Under the pieces are notes generated by a model, which saw only the letters and a program-made list of their open reading frames with translations, was not told where the DNA came from and did not search any database. The position numbers were made by a program, and so were the translations under genes. 28,528 nucleotides of DNA from a virus (Duplodnaviria; Caudoviricetes): the IMG/VR virus record IMGVR_UViG_3300036982_000947, positions 1 to 28,528 of that record. One strand, written 5' to 3'. Positions 8,203 through 15,458 of this stretch are shown here, piece by piece; positions within the stretch are counted from its first letter, which is position 1; each line of letters starts with the position of its first letter.

Positions 8203-9531
8203 ATGGAAAAACTAGATATTTTCAAAATAACTATTGATGAAGAATATGCTGATGGTGAAGATTTAGGAATTCAGCAAATAGCCTTTACTAGCAACCCTGC
8301 TATTAAGATTAAAGGCATGGCTTTTTCTGAAATTAAGCCAAAAAGATATTCTTTCAAAGATGATGTAAAAATGAGGATTGCGGCGCCCGCCTTAATTCCT
8401 ATGACTATTTATAGGAACGATGAAATGGGTGAATATTATGTGCAATTTACACAAGAAGAAGTTGAAAAGATTTTTGTAAAATTCATGTCGAATCTAAATA
8501 ATAAAGGAAAGTTTAATTTAGAACATAATTCAGAAATGGAAGTTCCTGCGTTTATTTTAGAAGCATGGATGGTAGGCAGAGAACCGAAGTCGGATAGAAG
8601 TTATGCAGAGTTCGGAGTCGAAGTGCCATCAGGTACAATATTCGTCGTGAGCCAGGTTACAAATAGTGAATATTATCAAGAATTGGTAAATAACGAACAG
8701 GTAGGTTTTTCAATAGAAGGCTTTTTAGGAATGAAATTAAGAAAGCATGATGGACCTTATGAAAAAGAATTAGCAGTAGAAAGTTTTAATGATTATCCAG
8801 AAGCTGCTGTAAATAATGCTAAAAGAGCTCTTAAATATCAGGAAGAAAATAAAACCAGATGTGGTACAAGAGTTGGCTGGACTAGAGCTCGTCAATTAGC
8901 TAATAGAGAAGTTTTAAGTGAAGAAACAATAAATAGAATGGCGAGTTTTATTCGTCATAAGCAAAATTCAGGCACACCTTATGATGAAGGTTGTGGTGGA
9001 ATAATGTGGGACGCATGGGGCGGTGACGCTGGCGTCAATTGGGCTATTAAAAAAGCCGAACAATTAAAAAAATTGAAAGAATTAAAAATTAACTTATCCG
9101 AAATGAAAGAAAAGGAACAAAAAATGGGCGATTTATATTTGCCGGATGGCGAGTGGGAAATTGCTGGTAAAACTTATGTTATCGAAGGTGGAATGGTTAC
9201 TGAAATTATTGACTCAAAGGAAATGATGGAATGTGAATGTGGCACTGACGAATGTGACTGCGAAGGCAGTGAATTTACGGCTCTTCAGGAAGAAGTCGTA
9301 GAAGAGGTAAAAGAGGAAGTAATAGAAGAGAAAATCGAAGAAACATCAATTAAAGAAGAAGAAATCTTAAATCTTATTGAACCAAAATTAGAAGAAATCT
9401 ATAAAATGATTGCCGATTTGAATGTAAAACTCGAAGGTAAGCAAGATGCTATTATTGAGGAAAAAAAGATTGAAGAGGTGAAAATGACTAAGCAACAAGC
9501 TTATTCAGAAATTCTAAAAAAATTGAAATAA
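8203..9531 (+). CDS. Prohead protease (XkdF-like) with inserted domain and C-terminal scaffold region
   Basis: IAFTSNPAI, FNLEH, GTIFVVSQV, GFSIEG motifs; directly upstream of the capsid gene; acidic coiled-coil tail. ATG 8203 preferred over TTG 8158. Confidence 0.8.
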   Translation: MEKLDIFKITIDEEYADGEDLGIQQIAFTSNPAIKIKGMAFSEIKPKRYSFKDDVKMRIAAPALIPMTIYRNDEMGEYYVQFTQEEVEKIFVKFMSNLNNKGKFNLEHNSEMEVPAFILEAWMVGREPKSDRSYAEFGVEVPSGTIFVVSQVTNSEYYQELVNNEQVGFSIEGFLGMKLRKHDGPYEKELAVESFNDYPEAAVNNAKRALKYQEENKTRCGTRVGWTRARQLANREVLSEETINRMASFIRHKQNSGTPYDEGCGGIMWDAWGGDAGVNWAIKKAEQLKKLKELKINLSEMKEKEQKMGDLYLPDGEWEIAGKTYVIEGGMVTEIIDSKEMMECECGTDECDCEGSEFTALQEEVVEEVKEEVIEEKIEETSIKEEEILNLIEPKLEEIYKMIADLNVKLEGKQDAIIEEKKIEEVKMTKQQAYSEILKKLK

Positions 9532-9550
9532 AAAAAAATTAATTAAAAAA

Positions 9551-10471
9551 ATGAGAAAATTGCGTTTTACAACAACTATTGAACCAAATGCGTTGTTATG
9601 TCCGAACCCAACCGAGTTTTACTCAAAATGTTATATAACCGAAGATATCGTAAATAACTATAGAGCAATTCCTGGTGTAAAATCTTCTACTAAAGTAGCT
9701 AATGTTCTTTTTGAAGATTTATTGAGAGAATCTGCGTGTTCTTTTACAGATGCTACTACTACTTTAGATGCTAAAGAAATAACTGTATGTCCTATTAGTG
9801 CTATGGCTCAACTTTGTCGTTTCGATCTCGAAACATCTTATGTTGCTCTTCAAATGGCTAGAGGTTCAAATGGTAGCTTCGAAGTAGCTTCTTTTATGAA
9901 CTACTACTGGGATGAAATGTCTAAGCAAATTCAAGACGAACTAGCTCAATTAAGATGGAAAGGTGACTCTGCTGGTTCTACTGGTACTTTCCTTGATCTT
10001 TGTGATGGTTATGAAGTTCAACTAGGAGCTTCTGGTTCTGGCGTTGTACCTTTGACTTTAGGAACAGTAAGTTCTGCTAATGTTATCAGCAAATTTACTG
10101 ATGTATGGAATCTTATGACTCCTGCTTGTAAGTTTAAGAAATCTTCTTTAAGATTTTATGTAAGTGCTGATATTGCGGGTCTATATCAAATTGCGGCTGC
10201 TAGTGGTAACACACAAACTTTCGTAACTTTGCCTTTGGCTTTGACTTATTTAGGAATTCCTATTGTTATCTGTGAAGGAATGTCGGCTAAGAAAATAGTT
10301 TTGACTATTAAGGATAACCTTATCTACGCTTTTGATGGTGAAGATGATTCTAAAGCACTTAAAGCTGTAAATCTTGAGGACACAGTAGCAGAACCGCTAT
10401 TGAGAACAAGAGCAAACTTGAAAGTTGGATTCCACTTTGTAAATCCTAGTGAGATCGTTTACGCATCATAA
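9551..10471 (+). CDS. Major capsid protein
   Basis: 306 aa after protease/scaffold; IPGVKS, WKGD, CDG and YLGIPI motifs of HK97-fold capsids in this phage type; followed by a hairpin. Confidence 0.85.
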   Translation: MRKLRFTTTIEPNALLCPNPTEFYSKCYITEDIVNNYRAIPGVKSSTKVANVLFEDLLRESACSFTDATTTLDAKEITVCPISAMAQLCRFDLETSYVALQMARGSNGSFEVASFMNYYWDEMSKQIQDELAQLRWKGDSAGSTGTFLDLCDGYEVQLGASGSGVVPLTLGTVSSANVISKFTDVWNLMTPACKFKKSSLRFYVSADIAGLYQIAAASGNTQTFVTLPLALTYLGIPIVICEGMSAKKIVLTIKDNLIYAFDGEDDSKALKAVNLEDTVAEPLLRTRANLKVGFHFVNPSEIVYAS

Positions 10472-10474
10472 TAT

Positions 10475-10497
10475 AAGGGGAGCTAAAACTCCCCTTT
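10475..10497 (+). terminator. Stem-loop after capsid gene (weak intrinsic terminator or stabiliser)
   Basis: aaggggag-ctaaaa-ctcccctt with only a short T tail. Confidence 0.65.
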
Positions 10498-10520
10498 AAT
10501 AAAAAATTAAATTATTAAAA

Positions 10521-11072
10521 ATGGCTTTATGTAATTCATTAGAAACTATAGTAAAATCGTGCGATAACAACATGGGTGGTATCCAGGCGATTTGGCTATG
10601 GGACATGGAAGATAAATTAGGTGGAACCAGCTCGATTTTTGATAACAATACTTGGACTTGGACGGCTTATGATGTAACTGGAACTGGTGGTACTGCCACT
10701 CCGACTAGCTTTACTTTCATTAGAAATTCCAGTAACTATGTTGAGGACACAAATATCGATTTAGCAAATGGTTCTACTTTTGTTACTGCTACTCTGACTT
10801 TGATTTTTACAAGGAGAGAAGCACTTAAATCTAAAGCAATCAAAGTTCTTGGCGAGGGTCAAAGATATTTAGGTGCTTTGGTACTCGATTCGAATAACCT
10901 TTATTGGATTTTTGAAGATCTACAGGTTAGCGCAACTGGCGAAGGTTCAGGTACCGCTAAGGCTGATGGTTCAAAATATTCAGTAACTTTAATTGGTGAA
11001 AATTTAGATTTAGCTGGTGAAATTTCAGAAGCTGATGCTGCTGATCTTATCGCAAATGGCTTTTTCGTTTAA
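10521..11072 (+). CDS. Major tail tube protein
   Basis: 183 aa; C...SCDNNMGGI, NGSTFV, VLDSNNLYW, GSGTAKADGSKYSVTL motifs typical of Bacteroidota siphovirus tail tubes. Confidence 0.75.
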   Translation: MALCNSLETIVKSCDNNMGGIQAIWLWDMEDKLGGTSSIFDNNTWTWTAYDVTGTGGTATPTSFTFIRNSSNYVEDTNIDLANGSTFVTATLTLIFTRREALKSKAIKVLGEGQRYLGALVLDSNNLYWIFEDLQVSATGEGSGTAKADGSKYSVTLIGENLDLAGEISEADAADLIANGFFV

Positions 11073-11094
11073 ATCATTCTTTTTTATTATTCTG

Positions 11095-11120
11095 GGGGCA
11101 GGACTTTCTTGCCCCTTTTT
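11095..11120 (+). terminator. Intrinsic terminator after tail tube gene
   Basis: ggggcagg-acttt-cttgcccc-ttttt (one G:U pair). Confidence 0.75.
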
Positions 11121-11139
11121 AAAAAAATATTATTAAGAA

Positions 11140-11571
11140 ATGATTTATATTGAAAAAAACAAATTGAATAAAGTAGCTTTAGAATTATCTAATTTATTGC
11201 CTTCAACACCTTCGAATGTTTTTTTATTCGAGTTCGTATATGAAGCTAATCAAAATAGATATAGTAGATATTTTTATGCTCCTGATATTTCAGTTTATCA
11301 AAATAGATATAACCTTTTTGATATTGATGAAAATTATTTAGGTGCTACTGGAACTACTGCTACGAACCCTATTCAATTAGAACCAGGACAATATTATTAT
11401 AATATTTATAGTTCGACTTTTTCAGTAGATTTTTCTGATTTAAGTCCATTTACATCTTCAATTTTATCGACTGGTAGAATGGTTGTGAGCGGAACAATAT
11501 CAGGAACTTTTTCTAACCCTGTATATGATTATCAGATAATAGACCCTGCTACGCAGAGCGTTTATTTCTAA
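11140..11571 (+). CDS. Virion structural protein (possible head closure)
   Basis: 143-aa beta-rich ORF (FLFEF, RYNLF, GQYYYNIY, STGRMVV) between tail tube and portal. Confidence 0.5.
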   Translation: MIYIEKNKLNKVALELSNLLPSTPSNVFLFEFVYEANQNRYSRYFYAPDISVYQNRYNLFDIDENYLGATGTTATNPIQLEPGQYYYNIYSSTFSVDFSDLSPFTSSILSTGRMVVSGTISGTFSNPVYDYQIIDPATQSVYF

Positions 11572-11587
11572 AAAAATTAAATAAATT

Positions 11588-12793
11588 ATGAAATTATTCG
11601 GTTTTAATATTGGTTCGAAAAAAGTTGAGGCTCAGCCTATGACTCAATTGACGGAACACTCTTTCGGAACATATAAGAATTTTGCTTTTTCTACACCTTT
11701 CTATAGAATATCGAAAGATAATTTGAGCTTGCCTTATGTAGCCAGATATTATACCGTCAATAATATAGTCCGCTTCGGAGAGGACAACCTTTATCCACAA
11801 TTATTAAATCAATTATATTATACGAGTCCGCTACACGGTTCAATAATTGAGTTCATAACTAATGCTGTTATTGGAGGTGGATATTCATATAAAAATAGTA
11901 AATTAACATCTTCTGAAAAAATAGATTTATTAACTTTTGAAAAATTAAATGAATTTTCAAAATTAATTCGACTAATAACACGCGACTATTTAATTCATAG
12001 AAGAGTATGTGTAAAAGTTACAAAAAGAAAAGGAAGTTTTACAAAATTCCATAGGTTCGATCCATCTACTATTAGAAATGATGTTTTTTTAGAAAAGTTC
12101 ATATACTCTAATGACTGGAGTAGAGGTTATTTTGAATATAAGGAATATACACGCTGGGAGCCTACCGACGAAGAAGGTGAATATATTTACATATATCAAG
12201 ATAATACACCAGGACAAGATATTTATCCAATTCCACAATATAACTCTATTCTTAACTTTGCTGCTTTAGATGGTGAAATAGCCTACTTTCATAAGAATAA
12301 TATTATGAATTCAGTTTTTCCTTCTTTAGTTATTAAGCGTCCGAAAGAATTTAATTCAATTGAAGAAATACAAGCTTTCAAAGAAGAAATTAGTTCTAAA
12401 ACTGGTGCTCACAATGCAGGAAGAGTTTTAGTTCTGACTGGTAACGGAAGAGATGATGTACCTGAATTAGATTCTATTAACTTTTCAGAAAATGATAAGA
12501 TGTTCGAAACAATATCTAAAGAAATAAAAGATCAACTTTGTTTTGCATGGAGTTTAAATCCATCTATTATGGGAATAAAAGTGGCAGGAAGTTTAGGTAA
12601 TGCAGAAGAACTACAAATGAGCTATGCGATTTTTGAAAAGAATGTCGTTATGCCTTATAGAAATGTTATGACTGAAATCTTTAATGAATTGCTTTTTATA
12701 GCAGGACAGAAAAACGAAGTAGAAATTAATAATTATCAGATTTTAGATAAAACAATAGTACCGACTAAAGAAACTATTGAGAAAAAAATATAA
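11588..12793 (+). CDS. Portal protein
   Basis: 401 aa; FGEDNLYPQ.L..LYY.SPLH, YPIPQY, NSVFPS, GA.NAGR, P.IMGI...GSLG motifs. Confidence 0.85.
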   Translation: MKLFGFNIGSKKVEAQPMTQLTEHSFGTYKNFAFSTPFYRISKDNLSLPYVARYYTVNNIVRFGEDNLYPQLLNQLYYTSPLHGSIIEFITNAVIGGGYSYKNSKLTSSEKIDLLTFEKLNEFSKLIRLITRDYLIHRRVCVKVTKRKGSFTKFHRFDPSTIRNDVFLEKFIYSNDWSRGYFEYKEYTRWEPTDEEGEYIYIYQDNTPGQDIYPIPQYNSILNFAALDGEIAYFHKNNIMNSVFPSLVIKRPKEFNSIEEIQAFKEEISSKTGAHNAGRVLVLTGNGRDDVPELDSINFSENDKMFETISKEIKDQLCFAWSLNPSIMGIKVAGSLGNAEELQMSYAIFEKNVVMPYRNVMTEIFNELLFIAGQKNEVEINNYQILDKTIVPTKETIEKKI

Positions 12794-12799
12794 CTAGCC

Positions 12800-13318
12800 A
12801 TGATTTATTTTGTAACTGAGCAATATATTAAAACTTATACGACAATAACGCAGAATGTAGATGTAAATGATTTTCTACCTCTAATTAAATCTGCTGCTGA
12901 TGGTTATGTGCGTTCTTATTTAGGAACCTATTTCTATAACGATTTATTAATTAAATATAATGCGCAAACTTTAAATCCAGATGAAGTAAATCTGGTTCAA
13001 AATTATATCAAAGATGCTGTAGCATGGAGAGCTTGCTCTGAATCCGTTTTTACTTTATCTTATCAATTAAAGAATAAAGGAATTCAAAGTCAGTCAGGCG
13101 ATTTTAGTGCTAGTCCTGGCTTTCAAGGCGTGAGCTTTATGTCGCACCACTACCGCGATAAAGCAGATTTTTACGATGGTAGATTAAAGAAATATCTATT
13201 AGATAACAAAGATTTATATCCAGAATTTATATCTGATTTGAATAAGGACACGGTACTAAAGCCATTTCCTCTTTGCCATCCAGGTAACTTTTTTCAGTCA
13301 GGAATTAATTTCATATAA
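12800..13318 (+). CDS. Head-tail adaptor/connector protein
   Basis: 172-aa helical protein after portal; FVTEQYIK, YLGT..Y..L, NKGI, YL..N...YPEF motifs. Confidence 0.65.
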   Translation: MIYFVTEQYIKTYTTITQNVDVNDFLPLIKSAADGYVRSYLGTYFYNDLLIKYNAQTLNPDEVNLVQNYIKDAVAWRACSESVFTLSYQLKNKGIQSQSGDFSASPGFQGVSFMSHHYRDKADFYDGRLKKYLLDNKDLYPEFISDLNKDTVLKPFPLCHPGNFFQSGINFI

Positions 13319-13336
13319 AAATTAAAGATTTAAGAA

Positions 13337-13585
13337 ATGGAAATTTTAGGTTTTAATGTTATTTTTGGAATTTTATTAAGCGTTATAGCTTTTTTTCTAA
13401 AAGGTACTATGGATGATATAAAAAAGATGAAAGAATGTGTTTATTCTACTAAAACAAAGGTAGAAGTTATGGAATCTGACTATTTGAATAAGCATCATAA
13501 CTTAAATGAAAAGTTCGATATGCTAAATCAAAGCATGAGAGAATTAACTGCTGAAATAAAAGCCTTAAGAGGCAAAATAAATTAA
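13337..13585 (+). CDS. Single-TM coiled-coil protein, holin/lysis-accessory-like
   Basis: N-terminal hydrophobic helix (ILGFNVIFGILLSVIAFFL) plus coiled coil; last gene of the structural operon. Confidence 0.5.
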   Translation: MEILGFNVIFGILLSVIAFFLKGTMDDIKKMKECVYSTKTKVEVMESDYLNKHHNLNEKFDMLNQSMRELTAEIKALRGKIN

Positions 13586-13614
13586 AACTAAATAAATTTA
13601 TACAATATAAATTA
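13581..13614 (+). promoter_or_regulatory. Bipartite promoter-like motif ATTAAAACT-N12-ACAATATAAATTA, copy 1
   Basis: Shares both blocks with the copy at 13943-13977. Confidence 0.5.
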
Positions 13615-13636
13615 TGCTGGTTTTGTTATTATTATT

Positions 13637-13674
13637 AAATTGAAGTTATTTAAATATAGCTTCAATTTTTTTTT
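13637..13674 (+). terminator. Intrinsic terminator ending the structural operon
   Basis: aaattgaagttat-ttaaat-atagcttcaattt (13-bp stem, one G:U) running into a 9-T tract. Confidence 0.75.
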
Positions 13675-13682
13675 ATCTATTG

Positions 13683-13937
13683 AGAACGAGTTCGTGTTAG
13701 TCACGAACTCTCTATTTTTAACAAAAATTAAATCTTCTGTAAGTCAATGGTGGTAAGGCTTTCAGAGGAAAAAATGAAAAAAAGTGCAAACATATTACTT
13801 TATTAATTCAATTTATTATTAATAAATATTTATATTCGATTTTATCTTAACTTTATTTAATTTTACTTTAATATCTTAACTTGCTTGCTGCACGAAATTT
13901 TGAGTTAGAGAGTTCGTGCCCAACACGAACTCGTTCT
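13683..13937. repeat. Inverted pair of 32-bp self-palindromic elements flanking an AT-rich core; putative replication origin
   Basis: 13683-13714 agaacGAGTTCGTGttagtCACGAACTCtcta and 13906-13937 tagaGAGTTCGTGcccaaCACGAACTCgttct are reverse complements (30/32), separated by 191 bp. The repeat is certain; the origin role is inferred. Confidence 0.9.
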
Positions 13938-13942
13938 AAATT

Positions 13943-13977
13943 ATTAAAACTTTATTAAAGGATAACAATATAAATTA
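13943..13977 (+). promoter_or_regulatory. Bipartite promoter-like motif ATTAAAACT-N13-ACAATATAAATTA, copy 2
   Basis: ACAATATA at 13965-13972, 18 nt upstream of ATG 13991. Confidence 0.55.
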
Positions 13978-13990
13978 AAATAATAATTGT

Positions 13991-14143
13991 ATGGCTGATA
14001 TTAAAATTTGTGAATATAGGAATTGCAATGAAGAATTAATTGATAAAAGGAAGGATGCTAAGTTTTGTTGTAGAACTCATAAAGATTGCGAAAGAATTTA
14101 CAAAAAAAGAGAAAAAAACAAAAAAATTATTCAAAATAATTAA
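13991..14143 (+). CDS. Zinc-finger microprotein (50 aa, not in ORF track)
   Basis: MADIKICEYRNCNEELIDKRKDAKFCCRTHKDCERIYKKREKNKKIIQNN: Cx4C...KFCCxxH plus a basic helix. Confidence 0.75.
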   Translation: MADIKICEYRNCNEELIDKRKDAKFCCRTHKDCERIYKKREKNKKIIQNN

Positions 14144-14180
14144 AAGGGAGAACAGATAATAAGATATATATTGTATAAGA

Positions 14181-14269
14181 TTCATTTCATTTAAGAGCAC
14201 TGAAAACCGGAAAGTAAGTGCTCTTTTTCAAAAAATGATTGAATTAAAAAATATTTAAAATGAAATGAA
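14181..14269 (+). promoter_or_regulatory. Structured leader/attenuator of the polymerase-like gene
   Basis: ttcatttcattt (14181-14192) is the exact complement of aaatgaaATGaa (14258-14269); between them hairpin aagagcact/agtgctctt (14193-14225) with T tail. Confidence 0.6.
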
Positions 14270-15446
14270 GAAATATTTGATTCCCGTCAAATTGCTTGAT
14301 AGAATAAAATTTGGAATAGAAAGTTCTAGCGATTTTATTCGATTAAAAGAAAAGCAAAAATTAAAGCTAACACAAACTTTAATATCTTTATGGCTCTTTA
14401 TTTACAATGAGCAGAGAAAAGATGAAAGTATATCTACCTTAAAAGGTTATACTAATATTCATACACATAATCTTATACACTTTAGAATTAAATTAGACAA
14501 TAAGCTTTTTACTTATTCTAATATGATAGAGTTTTTAGAAAAATTCGATTTACTTGAAACGAACCATATATTCAGTTCAGGTTCATTTTCTAAAAGCTAT
14601 CGAGTTTTGACTGACTTTTTAGAATTAGATTTTATTGAATTTGAAATTGACTTTGAAAAGATTTTTACTAATATAAAAGATAAAAAATATTGGCTTAAAA
14701 AATATCCAGATTTACATAAGCAAATAAAAGAGACATATGAAGTAAAAATTAATTTGAGTGACTATATTAGGTGGATTAATAATAATATTGGCACAGAACT
14801 AAAACCTGTTATCAACGATGGTGTTTTAGAAACAAGATTTTTGACTAAAGAAAGAGCACTCGATTATATTAATGATGCTATTAAAGTAAATTTAGAAAAT
14901 ATTTGGTTTAAGTTATCAGATGAAGGTAGGTTCTATAATTCTACAACGAACCTCTCTTATACATCTTTGCCGTTTATGCAACTTAAAAGAAGAAATATTA
15001 AAGAAGTAGATGTGAAGAATTGCCAACCTTTATTATTATGTGCTTTGATAAAAAATGAATTATACAAAAAAGATGTTGAAGCAGGAATATTTTATGATAG
15101 AGTAGCTGAAAAATTAAATAAAACAAGAGATGAATTTAAAGTTTTATCATATAAATATATCTTCTTTAGTTCTAAAAATCTAAAATCAGGTGCTATTTAC
15201 GATGCTATTAATGAATTATATCCAGGTTTTATTGAAGAAATGAATGAATTGAGAAGCAAAATAAATGTTGCTAGAGAGTTACAAAAAGTAGAATCAAATA
15301 TATTCGTAAAAAATATAAGCAACTACGATTTTAAAATGGTTTTAAGACATGATGCAGTTTTTGTTTTTGAAGAAGATTTTGATTTAGTAAAGCAATTAGT
15401 TATTGACGAATTTAAAAAATTAGGTTTAAAAGCAACCATAAAATAA
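14265..15446 (+). CDS. Minimal family-A (PolA/T7-RNAP superfamily) polymerase-like replication protein, no exonuclease domain
   Basis: Ordered motifs DEGRFY, EVDVKNCQP (motif A), RDEFKVLSYKYIF (motif B, R-x3-K-x3-Y-x3-F), LQKVES, RHDAV (motif C). Confidence 0.7.
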   Translation: MKKYLIPVKLLDRIKFGIESSSDFIRLKEKQKLKLTQTLISLWLFIYNEQRKDESISTLKGYTNIHTHNLIHFRIKLDNKLFTYSNMIEFLEKFDLLETNHIFSSGSFSKSYRVLTDFLELDFIEFEIDFEKIFTNIKDKKYWLKKYPDLHKQIKETYEVKINLSDYIRWINNNIGTELKPVINDGVLETRFLTKERALDYINDAIKVNLENIWFKLSDEGRFYNSTTNLSYTSLPFMQLKRRNIKEVDVKNCQPLLLCALIKNELYKKDVEAGIFYDRVAEKLNKTRDEFKVLSYKYIFFSSKNLKSGAIYDAINELYPGFIEEMNELRSKINVARELQKVESNIFVKNISNYDFKMVLRHDAVFVFEEDFDLVKQLVIDEFKKLGLKATIK

Positions 15447-15458
15447 AAATATAAAATT

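Noticed and set aside
13614-13643. 9-codon ORF MLVLLLLLN as a peptide
   Set aside because: Too short to support; it arises from tta repeats and ends inside the terminator stem.
13683-13937. CRISPR mini-array, IS/MITE ends or protelomerase site
   Set aside because: Only two units, inverted and 191 bp apart; no cas, transposase or protelomerase gene; no clear target-site duplication; arms are short and interrupted by a spacer.
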